From positions 41,292,001 to 41,356,000 of the forward strand of contig OX597826.1 in NCBI GenBank assembly GCA_951406725.2: DNA of 64,000 nucleotides. Direction: 5' to 3'. Position 1 is the stretch's first letter. Every line of letters starts with the position of its first letter. Both the position numbers and the translations under genes were made by a program. A model generated the notes under the pieces. The model was not told the origin of the DNA, ran no database searches, and worked only from the letters and a program-made list of their open reading frames with translations. Shown here one piece after another: positions 23,325-38,089 of the stretch. This DNA comes from Octopus vulgaris. Its lineage: Eukaryota.

Positions 23325-25669
23325 GTATACCTTTTGAACACTTTTTCTCAGAAAGTTATCTCTCCCCTCAATTTCACGTAAAAAGCACCCACTACCCTCT
23401 CGGAGTGGTTGGCGTTAGGAAGGGCATCCAGCCATAGAAACATTGCCAAATCAGACTGGGCTTGATGCAGCCTTCTGGCTTCCCAGACCCCAGTTGAACC
23501 GTCCAACCCATGCTAGCATGGAAAGCGGATGCTAAACGATGATGATGATGATTACATTTCATATTTAAATTCACCTTGCTCTTTATAGTCTTAAATTATT
23601 TACCCCTGCTTACTCCACCAACAGATATAAGAACAGATACAAACAATGAGGCAAATTTTGGGCAGTTTGACTTGCTAGAAATAGTAGGCAAACCTTCCTC
23701 ATATTGTATTTTTCAAAAAGATAACCCTGATGTATATCATCACCATCATTCAATGTCCTCCTTCCATGCTGGCTTCTGTCAAATGGTTTGACAGTAATTA
23801 GCAATTCAGAAGACTGTACCAAGCTCTATTGTGTTTTTTGGCATGGTTTCTATGACTGGATGCCCTTTCTAATGTCAACCACTTTACAGAATGTACTGGG
23901 TGGTTTTTATGTGGTACCAGCAGCAGTGAGGTCACCAAGAAATTACAAGACAAGGTCCCCTCAACTGAGTGGAGAGTAGTATTGAGGGAGGTGGGTTAGT
24001 ATCTGGTGATGAGGTTAAGAGAAGGACAAAAATAGGTATCTTGCAGTAGAGCAGATACATTGCTGTCATACGTGTATATATATATTTAAGAAGCAAAAGT
24101 GATTAATAAATCTTGGTACATATCTAGAAAGCACTCAGTGTTGAACAAACTTGGTTAATTACATCAAACCAATGTCAATAAATTCAAGTAGGCACCATCA
24201 AGATTTCATAACTCTACCACAGAGATGTTTAAACAGAATGGGTAACCTTTTAAAATCATTATCCTGCTTTAATGAGAGGAGAAAAAGTAACAGCCATGAC
24301 TTGTAAGACTGGGGAGAAGAAATTCTTCTCAAACTGAAGACCTGGCCTAAATGCTTTTGTGATAGACAGAATGGACTCTACTAAAAGCACCCTGGGTGGT
24401 GTTAAACAGAATAATAGATTAAATCTACCATTCATGAGTTTCACAGATTAAATCTGTCATCCACAGAACTCAAGAATGTTTTTCTAGCAACTTTTGTAAC
24501 TATTCTGTGATATTACTTCAAAGGTTTAGTTTGGTGATAAAAGAAACTTTGAACTATTCTGCTCTGGTCCATTTCTGATGAACTAGTTTCTATTATTGTT
24601 GTTATTTTGACTTAGTGACATGGTCGTAGGGTTTCTTCCTGGTTATGTATGGTTCCATATGCTTCAGTTCCAATGCCAAATTGTTTCCATGTTTATTTTA
24701 CAATTCTAGACTTTTTTGGAAGATATGGAATATTCATTAAACTTTAATATCATAGTTATCTTTTATCTTGTTTCACTCATTTTGACTGTGGCCATGCTAG
24801 GGCACCTCCTTGACAAGTTTTTTTTAGTTGAACAAATCAACTCCTCAACTTATTGTTTTTTTAAACCTAGTACTTATTCTATCAGTCTCTTTTTCCAGAC
24901 CACTAAGTTACAGGGATGTAAACACACCAACACCAGTTATCAAGCTGTGTGTGTGGGACAAACACAGATGCAAAGACACACATAGATATATATACATACA
25001 TATATCACTGTCATCATTTAGCATCCGTTTTGCATGCTGGCATGGGTGAGATGGTTTGATTGGAAACTAGTAAGTCGGAGAGCTGCATGAGGATCCAGTC
25101 TGTTTTGTCTTGGTTTCTGTGGCTGGGTGTCCTTCCTGATGCCAACCACTCCACAGAGTGTACTGGGTGCCTTTTTTGTGTTACTAGCATGGGTGCCTTT
25201 TTACATGTTACCTGCATTGGCCACAATTACAATTTCATTTAACTTGACTTGTCTTCTGAAGCACAGCAAATTGCCAAAAGTCTCAATCACTGGTCATTGC
25301 TTCTGTGAGACTCAATATCCAAAGATCATATTTCAACAACTCCTCCTACATCCACCTGGGCCTACCTCTTCCACAGGTTCTTTCCATGGTTAGAGATTGG
25401 CACTTCTTTACACATCTGTCCTTGTCCATATGCATCACATGGCCATACTAGTACAGCCTTCTCTCTTGCACACTACATCTGATGCCTGCTATACTCAATT
25501 TTATATGATAGTGTGAGTGTCTTGAGATATATACACACACATATGTATATATATGTATTGATTTTATTGACATTGTCAAGATTTGATTAAAATGGGGAAT
25601 GGTCATCTTCAAAGGTTTTAAAGGGTTAATTAATTTATTTACATATTTAAACGTTTATTTCCATTAAAG

Positions 25670-25840
25670 GTTTTAAATGAAGAAGAAATTGCCCTGGCTG
25701 CCAACAATGAATACAATTTTGACCATCCTGATGCCTTTGACTTCGATTTACTTTTCCAAACATTGAAGAGGTTAAAGAAAGGCAAAATAGTTGAGGTTCC
25801 AGTTTACAACTTCACCACTCATGCCAGAGAAAAACAAACA
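25670..25840 (+). CDS. UCKL1: UCKL1 exon 4
   Basis: [57 protein letters not shown]. aag/gtgagt, 171 nt. Confidence 0.95.
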
Positions 25841-26501
25841 GTGAGTTGAGAAATAGTTTTCTGTTATATTCATCATTACCAATGATTCATACAATGCTTC
25901 CACATCTGGGACTGTGTTGTGATTATACATACAGATGTCCTAAACCAGTATTGTGCAAAAAAAAAAAAATCTGACAAATTTGTCTGAAGTCTTAAGCCAC
26001 CACATTGCAAACTCTGAGCCATAGGAAGGCTGTCTCCTCAGTTCACTTTTTCTACTATTATTACTACTACTACAATGGTCTCTACTTCTTGGAACTGAAT
26101 AGTCTCGTACCAGCTCCACTCAATCCCTAAATCTTGTGCCATCTCCACTCAAATACTCCTTACTCACTTCTCTTTCTTATCACCCATGTTATGTCTCCCT
26201 CACTAACCCCTACACTATTCTATATACCCAGTCCTTATTCTCTACAGCATCAGTCCTCTGGAATTCCCTCTCTATCCAACTGCTGTGGCTCTTCATGAGG
26301 ACCTACTATGTCACTCCTAACAGTCTCAAACCTGCTTAGGCCATGAACACAATCATTTCCTTTAAAACAAACCATTAAAAAAATCCCATCATCTTGTATT
26401 TGGAAAATGGAGTCCCTTTTTATTAAGTTACATATATGAAGTTTAGATATGATCTTAAGAATAATGATGATTATTTTTTTTGTGTTTTTCTCTTTTTATA
26501 G

Positions 26502-26573
26502 AAAACTCTGTATGGTGCCAATGTAGTGGTGTTTGAAGGGATCATGGCGTTTGTAAATAAGAAAATTCGGGAT
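26502..26573 (+). CDS. UCKL1: UCKL1 exon 5
   Basis: KTLYGANVVVFEGIMAFVNKKIRD. tag/gtaagt. Confidence 0.95.
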
Positions 26574-27005
26574 GTAAGTTTTTTAATTAATTTTTTTCTC
26601 CAATGGCATACATTGTTACTGTGTAATTGTGACATTGTATTAAATATTGTTCTTGATGTGAAAGTTGAAATTTTTTCCACAGAATTTCTTCTGCACTGTT
26701 TGTTTAAAAATTCTTTTAAATTATTAAAAAAATTTTCCAGATTTTTTTTTTGTATTCTGTCTTGCTTTAACTATTTTATGTCTAAATTTCTTAAATGACT
26801 TCCATCAGCCAATCTCTTTATTTAGTGTATGATGTAAACACTTGTTCCTTAACTCAGTACTGTCGCTTTACTACAAATTCCTCTACTTCACTTCTAGAAC
26901 TTCTTTTTACAGAATTTGGACTCCCTTCCCATCCCTGAAAGTTATTAATTTGTGCCTCTGTGGGATAAGTTTAACATGGCTGATCTTTTTATTGAATTTT
27001 TACAG

Positions 27006-27195
27006 ATACTGGACATGAAAATATTTGTAGATACTGATTCTGATGAATGTCTTGCCAGACGCCTAAGAAGGGATATAGCTGAACGAGGACGCGATCTTCA
27101 TGGCATTCTGAAGATGTACAACAAATTTGTGAAACCTTCCTTTGATTATTACATCGCTCCAACCATGAGTTATGCTGACATTATTGTTCCACATG
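27006..27195 (+). CDS. UCKL1: UCKL1 exon 6
   Basis: [30 protein letters not shown]...[24 protein letters not shown](G). cag/gtaaac. Confidence 0.95.
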
Positions 27196-27941
27196 GTAAA
27201 CTATTTAATAGTCTCTTCTGTTACATCAACAAGACAACCTTTGGATGGCCATTGTTGGAATGCTTTTGGTCATAAGCCTTCTTCATTGGGCCAGTCTTGA
27301 GTTAAACAATAACTACCATTATAGAACTGTTTATTTGTTGATATATCTTGAATGTTTTAGGTAAAGGTAACTGTTTCAATAGATGTTTACAATCTCATTT
27401 ATTTCTATGTAACTATAGGAGTGGATTTTGCAATGGAGGTTCAAATCCCAGACGAGCTATTGCATTTCACTTTCATTAATTTTTAGGACTTCCAATTCCC
27501 AACCAGAGTCAATGGCCATTTTCATCTCAGATCTAGGGGCCTCCATTAGTCAGAGTTGGCCATGCATCTCTATGCACAAGATTCATTTTTTTTTTACTTT
27601 TTAAAGAGTATTAGTTTCCTTTGTATGCAGGTCTCTCCTTTTTGTGCCACCAGCAATGTCAAGGCTGGTACAGCTTGGTACCAGTGTCATCAGAGGTGTA
27701 ACTGGTAGAACACAGAACAAATTTATGGTCTCATCCAACACTGTAACAGTTCTGTTAAGCCACTGCCTTGGAATGGTACTTTTTCTTTTATTGACCTAGG
27801 AAGGATGGAAAGCAAATTTGGCTTTGGTGGAATTTGAACTCACTGCACTGAGCATTGGAACAAATATCACAAGGCATTCTACCCAATGCTCTAATAACTC
27901 TGCCTGTCCACATTTTTAGATGACATAATGCCTGCTGGTGT

Positions 27942-28166
27942 TTAATCCTTTTGATACTAACCTCGGCTGAAACTGCCTCTTGCTCTGTAGTACAAATGTT
28001 TTCAAAAGTTCTGAGTTCGAATCTGCCACCAACCCTTGTTCACAATTTATGTTCCTAACACTAGCTTAATGATAACTAAGTTATTTTACTAAATTCTTTG
28101 TTATATTTAAAATTAATTGAAAGAAACACAGAGCATCTCAACAAAAGTATGGTAACAAAAGGGTTA
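27942..28166. mobile_element. TTAA-flanked MITE (piggyBac-like ends)
   Basis: TTAA-TCCTTTTGATAC...GGTAACAAAAGGG-TTAA. Related elements near 22133-22360, 30105-30316, 34076-34301, 34398-34872. Confidence 0.6.
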
Positions 28167-28994
28167 AGTTTGACATCCTTATAGATATGGTGCCTTTAGG
28201 CTTCCATAGGAGTTCATCATTCAATAACTTACTGAAGACTTTACTGGGTCACCTCAACACGCTGTTGATGTATATGAGGCTCAGTGGATTATATAAATGT
28301 TAATACTCAACTGGTCCTTATTTTATAGACCCCCACAGAAGGATAAAAGACAAAATAGACCTCACTGGGTTTTGAACTCTGAATGTCAATATCCTGGACT
28401 GGATCATTTTATACCTGTAAGGATTGTCATTAGTTTGTAATTTTTGAGTTCACATCCTGGGATGGGTTTGGAGAAAGGGATGTTAACATATGTTGAATCA
28501 CTCGCTACATTGCAATAAATTCTACAGCAGTGCTGCTACACTCCTGTCTGTCACATTATTACTTCATAAGGTGACCTAGAAGTAAATCAACAATTATAAA
28601 TGCATTTTGTTTGAACCTCTGGTTGGCATATAACACACATAGTACATAATCTGTAATAATCAAGTTTTTATTTCAATGAATAATAATAATTTCTACAAGT
28701 ATTTTGTCTGGTGTGCTGATAATTCCACCAGCTCACTGCCTTAATAATAATAATAATCCTTTCTACTGTAGGCACAAGGCCTGTAATTTAGGGAATGAAG
28801 ATAGTCAATTACATTGACCCCAGTGTTCCACTGGTACTTATTCTATCGACCCTGAAAGGATGAAAGGCAAAGTCGACTTTGGCAGAATTTGAACTTGGAA
28901 TGTAAGGATGGACGACATGCTACTAACCATTTTGCCCAGCATGCTAATGATTCTGCCAGCTCGCCGCTTTGCTACTACTACTATTACTAATGTT

Positions 28995-29032
<38 letters not shown>

Positions 29033-29460
29033 CACACACATCGCACTGTATCACTGTATTGACCAGACTGTTGGATGTTATACACCATTGGCTACAATAT
29101 GCTTACCAATTCTTTCTTGAGTGTGCCATTCTTTTCCATCTTGGTTCAACTTGTTGAACTAAATTGTCTTCTCATCATTGTGGAGGCCTTCCGAGTGGCC
29201 TTTTCTGATCTCTTGGATACCACTCAGAAACAGCATGGGTCCACCTGTTGTCTGTGAACCTTAAATAAAATTTGTTCCCACTCAAAACAACTTTTACCAT
29301 AAATTTGACTCTACATTTTGTACTGAGTCCCACCATCAGTAAATATGCAATTGGTATTCTTAAATTTATTTTAAAATAACTTTAAATGAATATTTACACA
29401 CACACACACACACATGTATTCTTATTTTAACACTCTTTCATCATCAACATCATCTTTCAG

Positions 29461-29522
29461 GTGGTCAGAATAGTGTTGCCATTAATCTGATTGTTCTTCA
29501 TGTCCATAAAGAATTACAGAAG
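29461..29522 (+). CDS. UCKL1: UCKL1 exon 7
   Basis: (G)GQNSVAINLIVLHVHKELQK. ttcag/gtaaag. Confidence 0.93.
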
Positions 29523-30869
29523 GTAAAGTCCTTTAATAAAGTCTTTGTTATTTGGTAAAGCTTGATGTCATGTCGTTATAGAAGTAATTACATTTATGGC
29601 AGGAGTTGGGTAGGAGTGGTGGCTCATATCATGAACAGTTTTAGTTCCATAGTAGCTGGCAATATGGATAGTAAATTATGTATGGTGTTATGGTGTGTGG
29701 AATGAATTATATGTGAATGTGTGCATAGAAGCAGCATGGTGGTCTCAGGTTCAATCCTACTGTATAGCATCTTGTGTAAGTGTATTTTATCATAGCCTTG
29801 GATTGACCCAAGCCTTGTGAATATAACTGGGTGGATGGAAACTGTAGAAGCCTGAAGGGGTTCAGCTTTGTTACTCTGCTACTGTAATGTTAAATCAAGG
29901 AGTTGGTTATTTATTTGCTCAAATAACTGAATAATGTTGAATATAGTGGAGATATGAATGGATTTCAGCTGACTTTCTATGATACTCACTCTCTGAGACT
30001 GGAATACTATAGCAGTTGGTAATTTAATAAATACAGTGATGCTAGGGTAGAATAACAGAGAGAGAAAGGGCCAAGATAGGAAAGTGGTAAGGTGAAACTA
30101 ACCATAACCTTTTAGCATTTAAACCGTCCATATCCAGCCCAAATATTTTACCTGTTCAATGGTCAAGCCTCTCACACCTACCCTACTATGTCATTCTAAA
30201 AACATACAATTACATTTTTCAAATCTTGGAACTACAAGACAGTGCTCGATTACTTCAAAACAACGTGAATATATAAGTGCTGAATTTGACAGAATAATAT
30301 GAATGCTAAAGGATTAAGTTTGTTAAATAGATAAGTGAATTTGTCCAAAGTGGAAACTGAAAAATTTACTTTTCCATGCTTGCTTGGACTGGATGGAGTT
30401 TATTAAGATAGTTTTTAGGGCTGGATATTCTTCCTGTCACCAACCCTCACCTTGTTTCCAAGCATGATAATATTTCTCCATGGCCCCACATGTTTTCACA
30501 AAAGATGGAAAATGAATGACACTACATGCATAATGGTGATGCACATTTACAACTATTGTGTAATGGGAAAACACACACAGACATATATATATATATATAT
30601 ATATATGACTTGCGGCTTTTTTACCATCTACCAAGTTTATTCACAAGGCTTTGGTTGGACCAATGTTGCAGAAGACATTTGCCAAAGTGTCACTCAGTGA
30701 AACTGAACGTGTAATTGGGAAAGGAACATTTTAGCCACACAGCTCAGCCTGCACCTTAACAGTTGTATAAGCAGCACCACCTCATAAGCAAACAATGAAT
30801 GAATATAAAATCATTTTACTAATCACTGTGTTTTATCCCTTCTCCTTTACTTTTCCCCCTAACTTGCAG

Positions 30870-30988
30870 CATGGGTTTAAACTGAGGTCAAAGTTAGCAA
30901 CTTCAGCTATGGCAGGTCAACCAATGCCAGACAATCTTCATGTTCTGGAAATGTCACCTCAAGTCCAAGGTCTTCATACATTTATTAG
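30870..30988 (+). CDS. UCKL1: UCKL1 exon 8 (linker and start of UPRT-like domain)
   Basis: HGFKLRSKLATSAMAGQPMPDNLHVLEMSPQVQGLHTFI(R). tgcag/gtaaga. Confidence 0.93.
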
Positions 30989-31973
30989 GTAAGACGGCTT
31001 TCATTGCTTCTGCCTTCAGCCTTCTTGATTTTCTGCTTCTATTTTGATTTTATGTCACTTCTTTACTCAACTGCCAACTTCCATATGCATTACACACATA
31101 CACAAAGCAGGTGTGTATATTAGTATATTTGCAATCAGTGTAAATACAAAAATATTAGCATGCATATTTGTTTTCTGTCATCATTGAACATCCATGTTCC
31201 ACACATATGTGTGTGTTTGTATATGTGTAATATATGAATGTGTGGGTGTGTATGTATGTTTATATATATATATATATGGGTCCAACCCATGCTAGCATGG
31301 AGAACGGACGTTAAACGACGATGATATATATATATATATATATATACACACTACTAATATAGGGTGAAGTTTTTTTACAGAAAAAATTTCATCAAAAAGT
31401 GGCTGCATATTAAAATACCTTTAAAGGTTAAAATTATAAACAACTTATAAACAAGGGCAAAAGAAAATTATTTCTATGCCAATATGCTGATAACAGACTT
31501 TTAAATTGTCAATTTCCACATATTATATACCCACTACAGAAATACGTTGTTCTGAAATCAGGAAGCTAGTCACGCATACTAAATTGGTAGCTCAATACCT
31601 TGTTACTCTAGTAACCTCTTGTTACAGGTATGATAGAACAAAAGCATAAACAGGTAGTCACCAAGTATCAAATCAATTTATGACATAATTTAGATAATGT
31701 ATTGAAGAGAAATGCAAATATGTATAAAAAAAATTGCATACAGTAGGAACCCAGAAAGAATCCAGTATGTGAAAAGTTTGTAATAGTTCAGCTGTAGATA
31801 AGTACACTCCAGGATGAAGTAGAAAGGAAGGAAAAGAATTGTGTATGTAGTACTTTACAGCTGTTTCTAGAATAGTTGCATGTTTGCTACAGTTCCGTGT
31901 ATATTGTCTGCAACACCAAATGGTTAAGTGCAACTTATCTCATCATCATCAGAAGACTGACTATTGTAGCATA

Positions 31974-32032
<59 letters not shown>

Positions 32033-32446
32033 CAGTGTATTTTTACTTTGTTAACAATTAACACGGAAAAAATAAATAAATAAAAAAATATTTGATTACA
32101 CCTGCGTTAACTCCATTTTTTTATTCATATATATATATATATATCTTTTATTGAAAGTTAATGCTTATCAAGTACAACTCCCCATCTCTTCCTCTAGATA
32201 ATAGAGTAGATAAGGTATTGCTCAACTTATTTTAGAATCAGGAATTCAGATCTCTTGCAGCTAGGTTGTTATGTTTCATATCAGGACATTTTATTCTAAA
32301 TGACTTCTGTTAACCTAGCTGTCCATTGATCAAGAAAGGTCAAGTAGTAATTAACTATTTGTTGCATGGAATGCTAAATATTTTTTCTTCTCTATCAGTT
32401 GTATTAGTCTAAAGTTTTCTACTTCATCTCATTCTCTTTGCATTAG

Positions 32447-32540
32447 GAACTGCTACACACCCAGGAGTGAGTTCATCTTCTATTCCAAACGGTTGCTAAG
32501 AATGCTTTTTGAGCTTGCCTTATCCATGTTGCCTTTTAGG
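32447..32540 (+). CDS. UCKL1: UCKL1 exon 9
   Basis: NCYTPRSEFIFYSKRLLRMLFELALSMLPFR. ttag/gtaagt. Confidence 0.94.
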
Positions 32541-34570
32541 GTAAGTTTACTTGCTTGTCTCTAGGTGTGTCTTCATATATATGTACATGTCTACACCACA
32601 CACACACATACATATATAAGTGACTAATTGACAGACGTGTTGGCTAGATTGCTTTTCAATAATCATTGCAGCTTTCTCTGTCCTGAGTTCAAACCTTGCC
32701 AAGTTCACCTTTGCCTTTCATCGTTTTGGAGTTAGTAAATGAAATAGCAACCCTATTCTTGATTGATCCTCCCTTTTACTTTCACTCTTGCTTTCTATCC
32801 CTCTATCTTTCTCTTTGAAGAAATCTTCTGTGGTCTGACCTAGAGAGGGATGGGATTCATCAGAACTAAAAATATTCAAGACCTGCTGTGTCATGATGAT
32901 ATTTCCATATATACTATCTACTATATAAATGTGAGTGTATGTGTACATATATGTTGGTAAGGCTCTGAAATGGTGCGTCTTTGAGAAAAACAGATTTGAT
33001 TTTCAAAATCTGTGTCGCAATAGGAAGATTTTTGGTAATTAGTAATAAAAAAAATTTATTTGCTACAAGAAATAGCTCAACTTTTAGATCACTAAATCTA
33101 CCACTCTCTATCTGTCTTTATCAGGCTCTTCTCTTTAATGCCTTACTCTGTATATTTAGCATACTCTTTATCACTCTGTATATCTCTCATACATGCTGCT
33201 CCCCCTTCTCTCTCTTCCTCTTCATATGACATGTAGTTCAATGTCAACAGCATCTGTCTCTATGTAAATTATTTGCCATGTAAAAAAGTGCCACCTAAAA
33301 TGCACCCAATACAATTTGTAGAATGGTTGGCATTTGGAAGGGCATCCAACCACATAAACCAAACCAAAACAGACTATGGAACCTGGTATGGCTTCTGGCC
33401 TTGGCAGTTCTTGTCATGCTGTCTAACCCATGCCAGCATGGAAAATGGACGTTAAATGTTGATGTATTACTTTCTGCTTGGCTACAACCTAAGCATTCAC
33501 AGTTCTGGCCTGTGATTTGTAGCAGGTCATCTCAAAGAAACACTAGTTATTCTCTGTTATAAATCTCTGCCTGTCTTTCTTTCTCTTTAACCTACATACA
33601 GCTGAGGGTTCTTTCAATTTCTAGACCTTCCTCTGTCTAGCTCCTACACCATTGTTACTAACCACCTCACTATGTCGAGTGGTGCATTTGGCACTTGTAC
33701 ATTTTCCCACCTCTGTCCACATTTAAACCTCAAATTCTTTTACTATAATCATTTCACCTTTTTATTGAGAGCTCAGCAGACAGCAGCCACTCATATACAC
33801 ACACACACACACAGACAATCTGTCTGTCTGTATATCTCTTTCTCTCTCTCTCTCTCTCACACACACAGATATTCACCCCCTCTTCCTTCATGCATAGAGG
33901 TGTATGTGGTTGATGTTAATAGCATACTGAATGAAAGTTAATAAACATTTACTGCTGTCACCCAGTATGCTAGGAACAGCAGTTACATTCCCACTATTGT
34001 GGCTCAACATGTTGCACAAAATAACTACAGCCCCTTTCTGCCAGTATGCTTAATGCTGCTTGAACTGGTAATCTTTTAACCCTTTAGTTTTCAGGTTACT
34101 CTGTCAAATGTAAAGCTTATTTATTCACATTTTCACTTAATCATGCATTATCACATAGCTTCAAGAGTTTGATGATGTGATTGTTTATTTTTAGAGTGAC
34201 ATTGTAGGATAGGTATGAGAAGCTGGATCTGGTCAGTTTGAACATTAAAACAGGTAGAATATTTTGGCTGGATATGGCCAGTTTAAATACTAAAGCATTA
34301 ATCGTGTTTATTTGACCATTTTCCATCTACCATATGTTAGAGGGGTTTGCAAGAATTCCTTTTTATGATTCAATTTAATTTGTGTATCCTTTAATACTTA
34401 ATCCTTCAACATTTAAACTGGCTGTAACCAGCTCAAATATACAACCTGTTTTATGTTCAAGATGCTCAAATCTGACCCCTTGCACCTATTTTACAATGCC
34501 ATTCTGAAAATATACAATCACATCATTGAAATCTTGATGCTATGAGATAATACCTAATTACTTGAAAACT

Positions 34571-34803
34571 AAGGCGGCAAGCTGGCAGAAACGTTACCAC
34601 GCCAGGCGAAATGCTTAGCAGTATTTCGTCTGCTGCTACGTTCTGAGTTCAAATTCCGCCAAGGTCGACTTTGCTTTTCATCCTTTCTGGGTCGATAAAT
34701 TAAGTACCAGTTACGCACTGGGGTTGATATAATCGACTTAACCCCTTTGTCTGTCCTTGTTTGTCCCCTCTGTGTTTAGCCCCTTGTGGGTAGTAACGAA
34801 ATA
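34571..34803 (+). mobile_element. Full-length young tRNA-derived SINE inserted in a TTAA MITE
   Basis: Head AAGGCGGCAAGCTGGCAGAA, B-box GAGTTCAAATTCC. 15-bp TSD AATTACTTGAAAACT at 34556-34570 and 34804-34818. Confidence 0.9.
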
Positions 34804-35676
34804 AATTACTTGAAAACTGTGTGAATAAAGAAGCATTCCATTTTGTAGAGTAATTTGAATGCTAAAGAGTTCTAATCTGCTCAGCTTCTACTCATATATT
34901 GGCCAATGTCTTTGATGTTCAGCTTGTGTTTTCCAATGTATTTCTATTGAGTCATTTTCAGGAGTAAACATGGCATGTCCTGTAGTATGCACCTCTACAC
35001 TTCCTTTGATTTTAATATCCTCGTCATTTTGTATCTGCTCTTCATACTGGCATGGGCATAATAGATTCTTACACTCTGAGTTGGTTCCTATTTGGAGTTA
35101 TTGCTTGCTATTGGGGTTGGCGGATCATGCTTCACATGTGTATTATTACAGCTGGATGCCCTTCTAATCAGCAACCCCTTTAGAGTATTCTGGGTGCATT
35201 TTATTGTGGCACCAACACTAGAGAAGCTGTCTTGTCCTTGATAAAACTAAAGAGTTCCCTCAATTCTGTGGTGCCACCTATTGATTGCAAACCCCTTTAT
35301 AGTCAATTTTTGGTGCATTGAATCATGACACCAGCATTAGTGGGGTTGCCTTATAACACACAAAGCTAGTGAGTCTTTGCTACCCTTTAATAAATCATTG
35401 CTGCTGAATCAAAATATGAGATCTGTTAGTTTACTGGAAAGGATTGCTTGTGTAAATCCCTTATGTTTTGGGCCAGAGATTGTTATAACTTTGAAAATTC
35501 TCAGTATGTGCACTATGATCTCTGTCCCTCCTTCTTCATGGCAGACAGTTTATCTTATTGTTTGTCGTTATTGTTTTGATTGTTGTCACTTCTTATTCTT
35601 TGAATTTGATTTCTTATGATTACAAATTATTGCTCCTGAGTATAATTTATTTTGATATCTTCCATATTTATTTCAG

Positions 35677-35739
35677 ACGATAACTGTTGAAACTGCTCAG
35701 AGCATTCTTTATGAAGGCAAAAGACTCGACACAAAAAAG
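35677..35739 (+). CDS. UCKL1: UCKL1 exon 10
   Basis: TITVETAQSILYEGKRLDTKK. ttcag/gtacct, 63 nt. Confidence 0.88.
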
Positions 35740-36256
35740 GTACCTCACTAACACTTTAGATTTTTATTCAGAAAATATAAGTTTGATTTAAATACTTACT
35801 TTACTTGCTTCAGACTGTGGCCACTCTGGAGCACTGCTTTGAAGAAGTTTTAGTCAAAGGAATCAACTTCAGTACTTATGTTTTTGAGATTGGTACTTAT
35901 TCTATCAGTCTCTTTTGCTGAACCACTAAGTTATGGGGACATAAATGCACTAACACTAGTTGTCAAGTGGTGATGATGGTGGTGGGGCAAACACACCCAA
36001 ACAAACACACACACACAAACACACACACATGATGGGCTTCTTTCAGTTTCTGTCTACCAAATCCACTCACATGGCTTTGGTTGGCACAAGTAGAAGACAT
36101 AGTAGAAGACATGCCCAAGGTGTCACTCTGTGGGACTGAATCTGGAATCATGTGGTTGGGAAGCAAGCTTCTTACTACACAGCCATGCCTGTGTCTAATA
36201 ATAAGCTTTACTGAATAGACAAAAAAATCGATGTGTTTATTTGTAATACATATAAT

Positions 36257-36507
36257 TGTGCCAGTGGCATGTAAAAAGCACCATCCGACTGTGGCCGTTT
36301 GCCAGCCCCGTCTGTCACCTGTGCCGGTGGCACGTAAAAAGCACCCACTACACTCACGGAGTGGTTGGCGTTAGGAAGGGCATCCAGCTGTAGAAACATT
36401 GCCAGATCAGACTGAGCCTGGTGCAGCCTTCTGGCTTCCCAGACCCCAGTTGAACCGTCCAACCCATGCTAGCATGGAAAGTGGATGCTAAATGATGATG
36501 ATGATGA
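36257..36507 (+). mobile_element. Young RTE 3'UTR fragment
   Basis: GGTGGCACGTAAAAAGCACC units, GTTAGGAAGGGCATCCAG, (GAT)n tail. Confidence 0.87.
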
Positions 36508-37380
36508 AATATATAAAATATGTAGCTGAAGGTTAGAACTCTGTTGCATAGTTTTGTTTCTCATATGAAGCCATGGTGAAGGAGTATGGCCTAGTAGTTA
36601 GAATGTTGAGCTTGATAAACATGGGTTCCATTCCTGAACTGCATGCTGCATTGTGTCATTGAGCAAGGTACTCCATTCTATATTGCTTCAGTGTACTGAG
36701 CTGGATTACCACTTGAGTGCTGGTGTCATTTAAATCATTTGGTCATTATCCTTCATTTCTTCTTAAACTATAAATGGATATAGTCGGATATAAAGTTGAT
36801 TGCACAAGACCTTTTAGGGATGAGTGTGTGTGAAGATATTAATTAATAAGTTAATTTGTATCCATTGAATCTCTCCGTTTTCAAACTTTTTATACCTTTA
36901 AAACGTTTGGATATATAATTTGACGAAGCAGAGGTAAAATCAATGTCTTCACAAGATGTACTTCTTATTTCTTCCTCCCCAAAACGCAAGATTCAAAAAC
37001 GCCATCTGACGTCATCAATAAACTAATCCAACGTGTCCATCATTTAAACACAGGTGTGTTAATGTCTATCACAGCAACAAAATTTATATATATATATATA
37101 TTTCTGCACATGCACCTATACATACAAACACATGTATATAAATACACACACAATATCGACAAATACAGGCAATATTAATTACTATACAGCATATTCTTGG
37201 TTTATTAAAATGATTTCCACCTCCAGAGGATGTCATAATTATTTCCAAATGGTAGTTATTTCCTCTTCTCAAATGGATCCAGTTTTTATTATTATTATAC
37301 CGTATTTGTAGTTCAAATATATGCCACTGGCTGTTATGAGTTATTTCCCTTTGCTCAGTTTTCTCTTCACCCCAACAGTT

Positions 37381-37630
37381 TGCATTTCCAGTGATTTCAA
37401 CACTATGTTTGTCTTGATAATATTGAAGGCCTTTCTGTAGTCAACAAAAGTGATCTTCAGAGGAAGCTTGTGTTTGTTTGCTCATTTAATGAGTTTTGTT
37501 AGAGTGAATATGTGATCTATTGCACTGTAGTTCTAGCGGAAACTTGCTTGCTCTCACTGCTGCTGGTCATCAAGATGTTTTGATAGTCTGGTGACTATGG
37601 CCTTTGTAAACAGCTTATAGAGATGAGGTA
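37381..37630 (-). mobile_element. Old RTE-type RT fragment (different subfamily)
   Basis: HLYKLFTKAIVTRL...EQASFR*NYSAIDHIFTL...FVDYRKAFN. Confidence 0.75.
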
Positions 37631-37765
37631 AGAACATAGAACAAAGATTTTCCACAGCTCTTCACCTCCACAACTTAACATCTCTGTTGTGATACCATTC
37701 TCATTCTATTCTTTTTTTTTTTATGAAAGTTCACTCATGTACTGTGATGTTGGTTATATTTGTAG

Positions 37766-37915
<150 letters not shown>

Positions 37916-38089
37916 TAAATTAAACCTCACATAGTCTGTTGTATATTTGGTCATTTTCAATTATTCACAGGTGATTCTTATTTGAACTACCAGCATTTTG
38001 ACTTCTCACATGTGACTGTATTTCTCTCCCTCACACATACAACCATATTTAAATGAATGTCTGTCTGTTTGTCCTGCTATTGTTTAGGG

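Noticed and set aside
25950-26340. CR1/Jockey-like C-terminal remnant (S.F..AS.LWNSL)
   Set aside because: Too degraded to delimit or classify with confidence.
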